From the human T2T-CHM13v2.0 reference genome, Homo sapiens: a stretch of DNA of 64,000 nt. The DNA lies in the NCBI RefSeq assembly GCF_009914755.1, contig NC_060939.1. One strand, given 5' to 3'. The translations under genes were made by a program, and so were the position numbers. The number at the start of each line of letters is the position of its first letter. Positions within the stretch are counted from its first letter, which is position 1. The notes under the pieces are model-generated. The model saw only the letters and a program-made list of their open reading frames with translations. It was not told where the DNA came from and did no database searches. Below are positions 1 to 21,471 of the stretch, in pieces.

Positions 1-24
1 CGCCTAGCCTTCAGCTTTTCACAA

Positions 25-150
25 GAACTCAGGAAATTGAATTTTCTATGCGAAATCTTCCAACTTGGACATGTTGGCTCAAAAATGTTAATAATCTTGT
101 GTAGGCCAAACAGCATGTCTATAGGCTGGGTCTGGCCCAGACATGGCCCA
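25..150. mobile_element. Degenerate hAT-Charlie DNA transposon fragment (MER103-like)
   Basis: Resembles recalled MER103 consensus (gaaatct...atgttggc...ggccaaaca...ggcccag). Confidence 0.35.
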
Positions 151-303
151 TGACTATAGCTCTGGCTGGTTGATGGTTCTGTCCTTGTCACCCTTGACTT
201 TTCTTTCTTCTGGATAAATGTCCAGAGAAACAAATGTCCTCTCCTGATTCATTGGTTTCCCCCAAAGATGTGGTTCCCTATACACCCCTCTCCCCAACAG
301 CTA

Positions 304-701
<398 letters not shown>

Positions 702-1429
702 TCACACTCCTGGGTGCTGTTTTTCACAGCCATGTGTTCTGTTAAGCAGATTGCAGGCAGCCCTGGTTTGCGTTAGTAATTTCTTAGTGAATGGGTAGTG
801 TACACCAGGTAAACCTCATTCTCACCCCATGAGTGTAGGGCACACACAGGCTGGGTTCTCCAGGAGCCTGTCTGCAGCCTGTGCCCACGAGGACTTGTTC
901 CTAGAAGTACGTGAAGGGATACTGTCTGCTTTCTCTTCGGGTCATGCATGCACAGAGGACATGCCGCGCCCCAGCCCCCAGCGCCTTGGCCTGCAGAGGG
1001 CAGAGCTGCTGTGTGGCACAGAACTCAGGACCTATGAGCCTCCTTGGGTGGCCCCTCCTGCCTGCTGTGGCCTCTGCGGCCCTGGCCTTGACTTCCTTTC
1101 CTGTCACTTGCGTGCCTCTGCCACTGGGCCTACCTCTGCCCGAGTGGCAGGAGCTTGCAGCTTTGTATATACGGGCAGTTGGTGACTCATTCCTCAGCAG
1201 CCCCTCAGATAGGGAAGTGAAACAGCCACACCTGATAGGGCCTGACCTTTGGGTGACAGCAGAAGTAGCTAAGCAGACATGAGGCTTGCAGCTAAGGAGG
1301 GAAGTCCTCTCTCAAGCCAGCCTGTGAAGACAGCACCTGCCTGCCCTGACCCTCCTGTGGCCTCCAGGCCTGTGGCTCTGGTAACAGTTTCTTCCTCCCT
1401 CCCCGCCACCCCCTTCTTCTTGGTGACAG

Positions 1430-1525
1430 CTGGAAGTAGCAGTGGTCACAACTGAGAGAGCCAAACATTTCTACAGCCCCCAGGACATTCCTGTCACCCT
1501 CTACAGCGACGCTGATGAATGGGAG
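1430..1525 (+). CDS. PPCDC: PPCDC internal coding exon (LEVAVVTTERAKHF...DADEWE, ~aa 46-77)
   Basis: Pyrimidine tract and ag at 1428-1429; 96-nt phase-0 exon; gtcagt donor at 1526; translation matches human PPCDC as recalled. Upstream exons lie outside the window. Confidence 0.96.
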
Positions 1526-2372
1526 GTCAGTGCTGGGGCCCCTGGGCTGAGTTCCATTGAGTTTCCACCAGCAGGACAGAACAGTCCTCCCTACGGCCTA
1601 TGGTCTGGCAGCTGGAACAGACAGGCTGGGCTCAAGTCTGTGGTCAGGGCCCTCTGGGCAGAGGCAATGAAGAAAACATCTGTCTAGCTTCTGGCCTGCA
1701 GGAGGCCCTAGTCTCCTCCCGGCCCAGGCAGAGCTGGGCTTTGGCCTGGTGCCTGAGGTTGAGTGTCCTTGTACTTATCTGGGCTGATGAAACCACAGAG
1801 GAGCTCTGTTCCCACCACCCTTGTCCACGTGGTTCCTGGCGTCAGGGCTGAAGAGAACGCCTCACTTCCCACGGCCGCCGGGCTCTGCTGCATCTCCCCT
1901 GCGGATGGGTGGGCACTGGCTGATTCACCAGACGCTGAGTGTGGGCCTCACAGGGGTTCCCTGCCAGGCATTTTCAAACATTCTTAGCCTAGAACATTTC
2001 CGGCTGGCCTGTCTTCCCCGCCCCCACCCCCTCCATTTCTCACTGCCCCGGAGCTTTCCACTGGCGGACAACCCAAGCATCCGCCTCAAGCAGACAGGCC
2101 GGGAGCTCCCTGCCAGATGTCAGTTCTCTTGAAAGCCAAACCATGAAGGGAATAGCTCAGAGAGACAAGGGGCACTTGTTTCCTCAGGCCTGGTTCTCTC
2201 GGCTGCTGGCTCCATGGCTAGCGCTCGCCAGCTTAGCTGCAGGAGGGAACGGAGGTTGGCCTGGGCAGGGCAGGTCAGTGGGTTCCTCAGTCTCCTGACT
2301 TACCGTACCTGGCCTGCCTTGGCGCTGCATCCTGCTTCCTCCACACTGACCCCTTTTTCTTCCCTCTGCCAG

Positions 2373-2501
2373 ATGTGGAAGAGCCGCTCTGACCCAGTTC
2401 TGCACATTGACCTGCGGAGGTGGGCAGACCTCCTGCTGGTGGCTCCTCTTGATGCCAACACTCTGGGGAAGGTGGCCAGTGGCATCTGTGACAACTTGCT
2501 T
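2373..2501 (+). CDS. PPCDC: PPCDC coding exon (MWKSRSDPVLHIDLRRWADLLLVAPLDANTLGKVASGICDNLL, aa 78-120)
   Basis: ccctctgccag acceptor; 129 nt; gtgagt donor at 2502; contains the HFCD/Hal3-family catalytic His (PVLH, His88) and APLDANTLGK flavin-binding motif. Confidence 0.97.
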
Positions 2502-3744
2502 GTGAGTGATGTCCTGGTGCCCTCGTCCGTCCCTGGGCCTCACACCCAGTTTGCTGAGCTGCAGACATCCTTGTACAAGGAGACCTGCTGCTGTGGGGCC
2601 CCGGTCTGCCCAGGGAGATCGTGCTCCGCCATTCCCCACATCGCCCCCAGTGCTCTCACCTTCTCTGTAGCACATGGGCACAGCCCTGGTCCTGATGGGT
2701 CAGTGTGACCTGCCACTGCTCCCCAGGAGTGTCCCCCTCTCCCCTGCCCTTGCACCCAGCCAGGTGCCCACAGGAAGACCCTTCTTCCTTGCTCTTTGTC
2801 CCTCCTCGTGGGCTGCCTGGGTGTGCTCTTCCACTGTCTCTGCCCAGCCCCATCGCCTCCCGCTTCAGCTCTGCCTTCTCCGCAGATCTGGGTATACACG
2901 TGGGCAATGTAATTGGGGGTTCACTTCTTCATAGATGGCTCATATACACTTTATCACCCTTGTAGCTTTCCTGTATATTAGGGGAAGCTTAGAGGGGAAG
3001 AGGGGAGAAAGACGGGGCAGTGGCGAGAGCCGATGGGTGGTAGGGAGAAATGGAAGTCCAGCTGTCCAAAGCGGGCACTGTCCTAGGCCTAAGATGCCTC
3101 CAGGGAGCTGTTGCCCTTAAAGGGGAGCTGCCTTTGTTTATATGATCGTCCTGGGAAGATTTGGGTGTGATTTCTCTCCTCCTTCTCCCTAATTGCCACC
3201 CCCCACCTCATTTATTGAGCTTTCGCCTACCACGTACTGTACTGGGGTCTGTTCTGAGAGCCTCACAGGACACAGGGAGCTCCCAGGCTGGAAGGAGAAT
3301 GCCAGGCTTGATCACCCATGCCGTTGGGAAGGGAGTATCCTCTGGTGAGGGGTACAGTCCTGAATGACCCCAGTCAGTCCTTTCTATGGAGTCACCACCT
3401 TGCATAGTGCTGGGCCTGTGGTAGACATCCAATAAATACTTACTGCATGTATGCGGTAACTAGCAGTTTTACTTTTGCGAGTAGCTGGGAGTTTTTCAGA
3501 GTTTCATGTGGTGAAGAAGGTGGATGATGAAGCTGGGACAGGATGTTTTTTGGGGTCACAGATTAGTGTTCTTGTATACTTGTCAATGGGCTCTTAAGGC
3601 ACTCCTCAAAGAATCTGCCAGTGATTTAAGCATCATTTGAATAAGAGCACAGGGTGAGCAGAAGAACAACTTGTGTGGCCAGGAGCAGGGGTAGGGAGTG
3701 CAGAGAAGAGAGAGCCTGGGTGCAATGTCATCAAGAAGGCTTTC

Positions 3745-4215
3745 CCTATAGTCCCAGCTACTTGGGAGGCTGAGGTGGGAGGGTCGCTTAAGCCCAGGAG
3801 TTCTAGGCTGCGGTGCCCCTTGATTGTGCCTGTGAATAGCCAGAATAGCCAGTGCGCTCCAGCCTGGGCAACATAGCAAGACCCTGTCTCTAGTTAAAAA
3901 AAAAAAAGGGAAAAGGCTAGGCATGGTGCCTCATGCCTATAACCCCAGCACTTTGGGAGGCTGAGGCAGGAAAATTGCTTGAGCCCAGGAGTTTGAGACC
4001 AGCCTGAGCAACATGGTGAAACTCCATCTCTACAAAACATATAAAAAAAATTAGCCAGGTGTGGTGGTGCATGCCTGTGGTCCCCAGCTACTCAGGAGGC
4101 TGAGGTGGGAGGATCGCTTGAGTCCAGGAGGTCAAGGCTGCAGTGAGCTGTGATTGTGCCACTGTACTCCAGCCTGGGCTACAGAGGTGAGACTCTGTCT
4201 CAAAAAAACAAAAAG
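3745..4215 (+). mobile_element. FAM-like Alu monomer followed by AluJ-type element
   Basis: Monomer carries the 7SL-like gcctgtgaatagcca segment; dimeric Alu with ttgagcccaggag J-type features follows at ~3915. Confidence 0.8.
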
Positions 4216-6538
4216 GCTTCCCAGCAGCACTGGTGCCACAACTGACATGGCAGCTGCAGCTAGAACAGTTGAGTTTCTTGGCTGCTCTCATCAAATTGGG
4301 TCAGAGTTGTGTGTGGCCAGCACCATCTCACCAAATCTCCAGGCTCCCTGCTGGCGGGTCAGCAGCAGCTGGTGTGACAAAGTACTGGCCTCTGGGAGCT
4401 AAGCCCCGGCCTGGGCCAGCTCTGCAAGGGCGCTTTCCTTCTTCCTGCAAGCTCTGCTTCCCCTTTTCCTTCTAAGCTGCCATCACTTCATGAAATCCCT
4501 GGGCTTCCCTCCTCCAGAGTTGGCTGGGAAGTGACACATGTTCCCAAGACCAGCCCCCAGATCATTTGCCTCAAAGGTTTTCCCTCGAAGTCACAAATGT
4601 TTCAAGGAATCTCAAATTTTACAAAGTTTGAAGTGTGGGCATTGGTGGCCTGTGGCTGTGTCCTCTCTCTGTAGCTGTTTTCTCCCTACATCCCTGAAAG
4701 GAAGTTGAGCCTGCTCCTCCATCCGCAGACCTCCCTTTCCAGCGCCCAGGGCATGGGGTGCTGTGAGGGCAGCATGCTAGGTGTGACCGTGCTCCTGGCC
4801 TCCAGGCCCGTGTCCCTCTGTCCTCTAGCCCACTAAGGCCCTGGCCCATTTGTGCTAAACAGGCAGTCGGACCTAGAAAGAGCAGACAATCTCTCTGGGT
4901 CACCAGTCTGGCTAGGAGCTGGTCTCCTGACTGGGATCCAGGCCTTCTCCCCTGCCCATGTGAATTCCCAGGGGCAGAGCCTGAAATGTTGAACACAGCA
5001 CTGGCCAAAGAGATGTCACCGTGGGAACCGAGGCTCTCTTCTCCTCCTGCCTGCTTTCGTGGGTTCAGAGTAGCTGAGGCTTGTCTGAGAGGAGTTGGAG
5101 TGCTGGTTTTCACCCTGGTTGGTGTGCTTTGCTTTGAGGGCACTTAGAAAGCCCAGCCCAGCCCTTGCTCCTGCCCTGCACACAGCGGAGCGACTTTTCT
5201 AGGTATGCTCTTGATTTCTGCAGAAGCAGCAGGTGGCATGGAGCCAAGAGGAAGTGTGACTGAAACTGTCCACTCATAGCCCGGCTGCCGTATTGAGAGG
5301 GCTTGGTGGGAAACTAATGCTGGTGGCTGATGCAAGCAGCCAGGTCCCAGGGCTGTTTGCTGTCCTGCTTCCTCCCTGTCCCTGGGACTTGGGGGAGGTG
5401 CTGGTCCTGTCCTGTCGGGGCATTGTTCTCTGGACTCCTTCGCTCTTTTCCCAGATGAGCTTCCCTTCAGGGGAGGGGTTTCCAGCCTGTTACCCTGAGG
5501 AGCTCACAGCCCTGGAAGAGGTGTCTGGAGTAGTCAGAGCACTGGGAGCTTCTCTCTCCCCCAGGCGGCCCCCAGCCCAGGGAGCCTGTGCCTGTGGGAA
5601 GCCCAGGAGTCACTGCCCTGGAGCCTGTGCTTTGTGCTTGGCCCTGCGCTCAGAGCTTTGTAGCCATTCTCACCTCAGTCCTCACAGCTGCCCAGGGAGG
5701 GACCTTTCTAGAGAGGAAGCCAGGCCCTGGCCTTCAGTCCCATGTCCAGGTTCTCACAGCTAGTAATACACACACAGCTAGTGCTCTCACAGCTAGAGCA
5801 CAGTCAGGATTTGAACTCAGGGCTACGTAATTTCAAAGTCCGTGGCACAAAGGACTCTGTGAGCTGGATGGCTCCTTTCACAACTGCTCAGGTCTGTGGC
5901 TTGGTGGGACGGCCTGGATTTGGGAGATGGTGAGGCTGTGCAGTGGAACATTGCCTGGGTGGTGCCCATTGTCCGGGTGTGGGCGTGGATGACTGCTTAC
6001 CTCTCAGGGAGCAGCTCCCTATCTGTGAAATGGGACAGCACCTTCTTTATAAGGTCTCAGTGAGGGTTAATGAGATCCTATATATGAGAAGGTTTTGGTA
6101 ACGGCAGATGTTTTCATTGCCAGACTTTAGTTGGCCTCGGAGAGCTGATGTCAAGTAGATGAGCCCCACCTGAGGAGCAGCCTGGTCCTTTGCTTTCTGG
6201 TGCAACCAAAAAAGCCTGCCTTCTGCTCCCCAGGGTTGCTTTTCCCAGGAGGTGTGAGCCTACCTGGAGGAGGCTTAGGCACAGGGATACCTGCTGGAGG
6301 TCTGAGCGTTGGTTGAGCACCTCCTGTTTGTAGGATCCTGTGCCAGAGCCTGTGGGGAGGTGGAGAAAGGCGAGGAGACATAGCCCCCACCCCTGAGGGA
6401 TGAGACAGCTCCCTGCAGGCAGGCTGTGCCCAGTCATCTCAAGCCTACAGCTGGGCTGCTGGCTGCAGGGTCTGGAGGGCGGTGGGGAGGGTGGCAGACA
6501 GAGTAGCAAGACCCCCACTTCCCTGGCCTTCTTCACAG

Positions 6539-6707
6539 ACCTGCGTCATGCGGGCCTGGGACCGCAGCAAGCCCCTGCTCTTCTGCCCGGCCATGAACAC
6601 CGCCATGTGGGAGCACCCGATCACAGCGCAGCAGGTAGACCAGCTCAAGGCCTTTGGCTATGTCGAGATCCCCTGTGTGGCCAAGAAGCTGGTGTGCGGA
6701 GATGAAG
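6539..6707 (+). CDS. PPCDC: PPCDC coding exon (TCVMRAWDRSKPLLFCPAMNTAMW...LVCGDE)
   Basis: cttcttcacag acceptor; 169 nt; gtgggt donor at 6708; PxMNxxMW motif and catalytic Cys173 (LVCGDEG). Confidence 0.97.
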
Positions 6708-7135
6708 GTGGGTGTCTTGCCAGGCTTATAGCCCAGGGCTGTAGAAGGGGCTCAGCTTTGGGGTCATATCTCAGTTCAGTTCCTGGCCTGTTAATGACCT
6801 TAGCAAACCATTCTCTGAGCTTAGCTTTCTCAGCTGGAAAATGGGAATCGTAATTCCTGCCTCCAGATTGGTAGGGTAAAATGGGGTGGAATGTGTAAAG
6901 TACCTGGTAGAGTCCCTGGCACGCAGCCCACACGCAGTTAAGGATGGCTACTGGAACGAGTCCCAGGGTCTTGCCAGGGGTCTTGGGAGAGATCTGATGT
7001 GTCTGGCTCAGGCAAAGACAGACCTTGCCCTCTCAGGCCTTGGGCTCTGGGTGGAGCACTTGGAGCAATGGGCAGGGGTCTGCAGGGCTACAGGCACTGT
7101 TGGCCTGTCTGGCCACAGCGGAATTTTGCTCCCAG

Positions 7136-7221
7136 GTCTCGGGGCCATGGCTGAAGTGGGGACCATCGTGGACAAAGTGAAAGAAGTCCTCTTCCAGCAC
7201 AGTGGCTTCCAGCAGAGTTGA
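7136..7221 (+). CDS. PPCDC: PPCDC last coding exon (GLGAMAEVGTIVDKVKEVLFQHSGFQQS*)
   Basis: ttttgctcccag acceptor; phase matches previous exon (G|GT); TGA at 7219-7221. Confidence 0.96.
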
Positions 7222-7706
7222 CCTGGGATTTCTGTCATGGGTGTCCCTCTGTACTCAGAATGGGTTCAGGCCAAGTCGGTGAAGATGGATGTTGGCAAAA
7301 TAGGAGGATACCCTCATTTGCTGAATGGGGGACCTGCTCTGAGCCTGCCCAGGGGCCAGGCCTGCTCCAGGTTAAACTGGACGGAAGGCCCAGGTCTCAG
7401 TTTCTTTCAACCAGGAGAGGCCGCTGCCTAGAGCCCCTCCCCACCTTTTCCTGGATGGGTGAGGCAAGCCAGGAGAGCAAGCAGTGTTGTCCTCACGGGA
7501 GGAGGACTGAGCGACTGGGAAAACTCGGCTCTACATCTCACCCAGAACGGCTTTTAGAAACACCACAGCTGGAGAGTCCTGGCTGAGCCTTGGGAGTTTC
7601 AGCTCTTTGGCGGGGTGCCCAGGTGCCATGCGATCAGCGAAGCCTGCGAGTTGGCAGGACTCTGAGGTTTCCTGCAGACCATGCCATGAGATTGAAGGTG
7701 CGGGGA

Positions 7707-7712
7707 AATAAA
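7707..7712 (+). terminator. Proximal polyadenylation signal AATAAA
   Basis: Canonical hexamer ~490 nt after the stop; GT-rich sequence downstream. Confidence 0.5.
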
Positions 7713-7844
7713 GAAAAATCACCATTTAGGAGACTCCATTCTTTCCCTACAACCCAGCTGTGGTCCCAGAGATCAGGGGGTGTTGCCAGGTGTGGCTGGG
7801 GAAGGGTCTGGGTTCACAACTCACCGGCACTCTTTAGTCCCCGT

Positions 7845-8080
7845 ATAACATGGTGGTTAAGGATAAAGATCTGAAGCCAGACAGCCCCTAGTTCCAATCC
7901 CAGCTCTGCCGCTTACTAGCAGTGGCAGTTTGGTTCAGGACTTAGCCTTCCTGACCTTCACTTACCTCAGCTATCTTGTTATCCTACCCTCAGGGAGTTG
8001 TTGAGAGGATTCAGTGAAATTTTGTGTGCAGAATACCCATGCCACTGAGTGCCTGGAACGTAGTAAATGTCAAATCAATG
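7845..8080. mobile_element. MIR SINE in PPCDC 3' UTR
   Basis: gtggttaag...gttccaatcccagctctgccgcttactagc...gttgttgagaggatt MIR core. Confidence 0.7.
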
Positions 8081-8689
8081 GAAGTTAAAACTAGGCATGC
8101 ATATATGCCAGAGAGCTTTCCTAGCATTTACTGCAATGCCCTGTCTCATTTTGGGAAAAAGGAAATCCTGGATGCTAAGTTGACACATCCCTTTATGCAA
8201 GTGACAGGTAAGCAGCCAGGAGGGTTGACCCTGCCCTGGGTCCCAGGCCTCTTGCCTGCTTCTTGGTTTCCTCTGTTCTCATCCTTTCAGCTTTGCTGGA
8301 CCTGAGGCAGGGGCCTGGGTGTCTGTGCCTCCCTACCCCCCAGTACACATGACCAAGGGAAGTAGATCCAGAGACACCATGCACTCTGGCCCAGAAACCC
8401 TCTGCTACCCAGCTTTTGACTTAATTGCCATTTGGTGTGGCTGCAGCGGGGAGGGCTTGTCTGCGTATTTGGAGCTGAGGCTGAGGCTGGCTTCCTGCCC
8501 TCTGGCTTCCAGGCCAGGTGTGAGGGACATCCCATGTGGGCTCTGAGAGCACTGAGAGTAGAGGTGCCTTGAGGGGACCAGGAAGCCTACTGGCTGGAAT
8601 CAGTGCTCCAGCAGCCTCCACAGCCTTTATCTCAACAGCACTTGACTTCACCAGGTGACCCTTTGGGATAAAATTGCCTTAGGGTATGA

Positions 8690-8695
8690 AATAAA
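8690..8695 (+). terminator. Distal polyadenylation signal AATAAA
   Basis: Canonical hexamer followed by T/GT-rich element (cttctttggctggttt). Confidence 0.65.
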
Positions 8696-8887
8696 CTATA
8701 ACTAAAATGGTAGCATCAAGAACCAACTTCTTTGGCTGGTTTGGGGATGGGGCATGGGGAGAACCTGGGTAACTGAAACCCGGAGACGGTCCCAAAAGTC
8801 CATTTACAGGGTTTCCAAATTCCTTCTTGTCCACATTGCCCTTCCTCTCCCTCAGCAACCCACTAGTAAATGGTGAGGCTTCCCAAT

Positions 8888-9163
8888 TTTATTTTTATTT
8901 ATTTTTTGAGACGGAGTCTTGCTCTGTCCCCAAGGCTGGAGTGCAGTGGCGCGATCACAGCTCAAGCCATTCTCCCTCGTCAGTCTCCTGAGTAGCTGGG
9001 ATTACGGGTGCCCGCCACCACGCCCAGCTTATTTTTGTATTATTTGTAGAGATGGGTTTTGCCATGTTGGCCAGACTAATGTCGAACTCCTGACCTCAAG
9101 TGATCTGCTGGCCATGGCCTCCCAAAGTGCTGGGATTACAGGCGTGAGCCACCGCGCCCAGCC
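8888..9163 (-). mobile_element. Alu (internally deleted)
   Basis: Antisense Alu flanked by TSD gcttcccaatttta. Confidence 0.9.
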
Positions 9164-10072
9164 GCTTCCCAATTTTAACAGAAACTGATAGCATTTTCTG
9201 AGTGTTCATCGTGGGCGAGGATCTATGCCAGGGATTTTAGGGAAGGCAGTCACCCAGGGAGATCAACCACAAAGTGCCTGTGTGAAAAGGCCATGGGAGC
9301 AGGGAAGTTCACAGGCCACTGTCCCAGAGCTCTGAAAACAGCTGTGGCTGCTCAGCAGGACTGCGCCTTGTTGGCTAGAAGGGAACATATATCCCTGTGG
9401 ACTCAGGCCAGCTGGAGGCCCCTGTCCCTGGGGGTTCGTCTCTCCATCTCCCACCCACAGCAGTCCTGCATCCCTGCCGCCCATTTTGAAGCGGGGGGTC
9501 TGGATGAATGGGTCTGGGCTGGGCCTAAAGAGCCCAGCTGTTCCCTGCACCAGACTGGAGCTAAGAGGAGCAGGTGCTGCATTTAGCTGGCCCCATCTGC
9601 CAAGGAGGTGCTGAGTGGGGAGTGACAATCACTGCTTTCCCCACGAGGGGTCCAAGCACTTGAAGTTACCTTCATCTTGGGGAGAAATGTTTCTCAGAGA
9701 AGATTCTAGCCTCCCTGATGATTTTTTATAGAATTCTGGAAGTTTCAGAGAATAGAACATTTGGGTCTGAAATGTGCACTCTTTTGTGGCAGCCATGAGC
9801 CCTTCAAGGCTGCTGTGGATGCTGCTGGGTGGGAGGCAGAAGCCACCAAACCAAGGCCCAGCTTCCACCCTGGGCCGCCTCCAGCCCTTCCTGCACCCCG
9901 CTGGTCAGGTGCCGCTGCTGCCTCCCCACTGCCTCAGGTCAGGCCCAGACTCCTGGGCAGTACACACCTGGCCCTTTGTGATCTGGCTCCTGCCTACCCT
10001 TCTAGCACTGCCCTTTACCACATGCCAACCCTGAAGGGCTCCGTATTCTCTTGCCAGACTGGACAACCTTGA

Positions 10073-18880
<8,808 letters not shown>

Positions 18881-18918
18881 GATAATAATAAGAGGAACCT
18901 GAGGCCCAGAAAGAAGGA

Positions 18919-19453
18919 TATAACTGAAATTGACCCAATAGTTCCATAGACAGCTTTTCCTGATAAACAGAAATTGACATATCTTGTCTTAAAGCTGGAA
19001 ACTCACCAGATTCAGACAATGAGATACCAGGTCTCTCAAAAAGTATCAAAGAATCTCATACACAGTTTTTCCTGATAAACAGAAATGGACACATCTGGTC
19101 TTAAAGCTTGAAACTCACCAGATTCAGACAGTGAGATACCAGGCCTCTCAAAAAGTAGGAAAGAACTGAAACTCACAGAGCATAGCATCCAGACAATGAG
19201 ACCCAGGCCCCTCATTATCATGATTGCTTCCTTACCCCTCAGGAGTTCCTGTTTTCCCTTACATTGTTAAGTTTCTTCCCTGCTGTACAAACCCCTAATT
19301 TTAGCCAGGGAGATGGATTTGAGACTGAGCTCCCATCTCCTTGGCCACAGCACTCAATTAAAGCCTTCTTCCTTGGCAATCCTGTGTCTCAGTCATTGGC
19401 TTTTTGTGTGACCAACAGCAGGACCTAGACCAAACCCCTGGTGTGTCAGCAAC
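18919..19453 (+). mobile_element. MER39-type ERV1 solo LTR with internal 112-bp duplication
   Basis: ctgaaattgacccaatagt...gattgcttccttacccc...attaaagccttcttccttggcaat...ggacctagaccaaacccctggtgt matches recalled MER39 consensus. Confidence 0.8.
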
Positions 19454-19548
19454 CTAACCACAAACCAAGCATGGCCTCTTACAGGGGAAAGTAGAAATAG
19501 TGGTGCTGCTAACACAGGCTGGACCTGAGCTAGGAATAGAAAGAAACG

Positions 19549-19668
19549 CAGGCTGACTGTATTTTGTCTAAACTGGGCACTTCTGAGAGTGAAAAAGGGC
19601 AATTAACATGCCAGGAAAATAGGCATCAACTGGACTGTTCTGGGCAAACCAGCATGTATGGTCACTAC
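19549..19668. mobile_element. MER94-like hAT-Blackjack MITE
   Basis: aaactgggcacttctgagagtgaaaaagggc...gggcaaaccagcatgtatggtcac; degenerate terminal inverted repeats. Confidence 0.6.
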
Positions 19669-19987
19669 TCACAGAGCACCAGAAGGAAGCCATGCTCTGT
19701 GAAGCAATGGCCACCATTTACAATTTAATTCTCACAGCAACCCTAAGGTGGATATTGTTGTCCCCTGGCCATTTCTCCTGAGAGCAAGAATTTGACAAAT
19801 GAGGACACTGAGGTTCAAATAAGTTATTTAACTTTCTTTTTTTTTGAGACGGAGTCTTGCTCTGTTGCCCAGGCTGGGGGTGCAGTCTTGGCTTACTGCA
19901 GCCTCCACCTCACGGGTTCAAGTGATTCTCCTGCCTCAGCCTCCTGAGTAGCTGGGACTACAGGTGCGCATCACCATGCCCAGCTAA

Positions 19988-20116
<129 letters not shown>

Positions 20117-21072
20117 TGACCGGTTACTTAACTTTCTCAAGGTCCCACAGCTAGTAAGTGAGGAAGCTCTGGCAGGCTCCAAGCCCTTGCTCTTTCTGTG
20201 AGTCATGTTGCCTCCAAGGCCCAGGGCCATTGGAGGAAGACCAGAGGAGGAGGCCAGCTGGAGGGAACAAAGCTTGGGTCTTGGAGGGTGACAGGCCAGT
20301 CACCAGACAATCCCTGAAGTCTCCATATGGCCTCTCCCAGGGCTGGCTTGCAAGAGAAGGTGAGTGTGTAGTGGGGGTTTAGGGCGGGGTAGAGGCCCCC
20401 CAGGCTTCCACAAGGATCGTCCTGGGCTTCCAGGAAGGCGTGACCAAGGCAGAGGCTTGCCTGGGAATTTTCTAGGAAAGAAGTCATGCCCTGAGTTGCC
20501 CCATTTTTATGATTGGAGAACAGGAACACTGATACATCGAATGGCAGGTATCCTGGAGCCAGGACTGTCCCCTCTGGTCTATAGATTCTGCCATGGCCCT
20601 GGCTCAGTCTCTCCGGAACTCAGAGAATCGTGGTGGTCTGGGATGCAGGAATACTCCAGATTAGCAGCAGAAGGTGTGCAAGCATATGCATGCATGCAGA
20701 ATTTGTAAGCCTCAGGGGTTAGTTCTTGCTCCATTCACAAGCCAGCCTGACCCTCCAGAGTGGACCAGTGGCCACAGCATAGAAAATGGAGGGCACAGGC
20801 CAAAGCTCAGATGGCCTTTGGAATCACCTTGACTTATGACATCACAGGCAGATGGGTAGGAAATAGGCCACCAGTCATCCAGTCAGGTGGATCACAGCAC
20901 CTGCTCGCACCTGGGCCTGGGCCAGTGCTGGCTCTCAGGGGGACAAGTCTGCCTGCGGTACTTCACACAAGCACAATGGCCTGAGGCCTCTGCAAGCCAA
21001 AGTTGCATAAGCAAGGACTGATCATATGTCTTCATTCATTTATTAATTTTTTTAATTAGTAAGGTTATTTGA

Positions 21073-21471
<399 letters not shown>

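Larger units (their letters stand above)
7222..8720 (+). other. PPCDC: PPCDC 3' UTR (end approximate)
   Basis: Follows the stop codon; AATAAA at 7707-7712 and 8690-8695; end inferred from the distal signal. Confidence 0.7.

Noticed and set aside
3745-3908. 7SL RNA-like sequence (also 18716-18880)
   Set aside because: Lacks the S domain; fossil Alu monomer rather than an RNA gene.
4619-5763. 174-aa and 156-aa ORFs in the PPCDC intron
   Set aside because: Non-ATG starts, no recognisable domain; expected by chance in GC-rich DNA.
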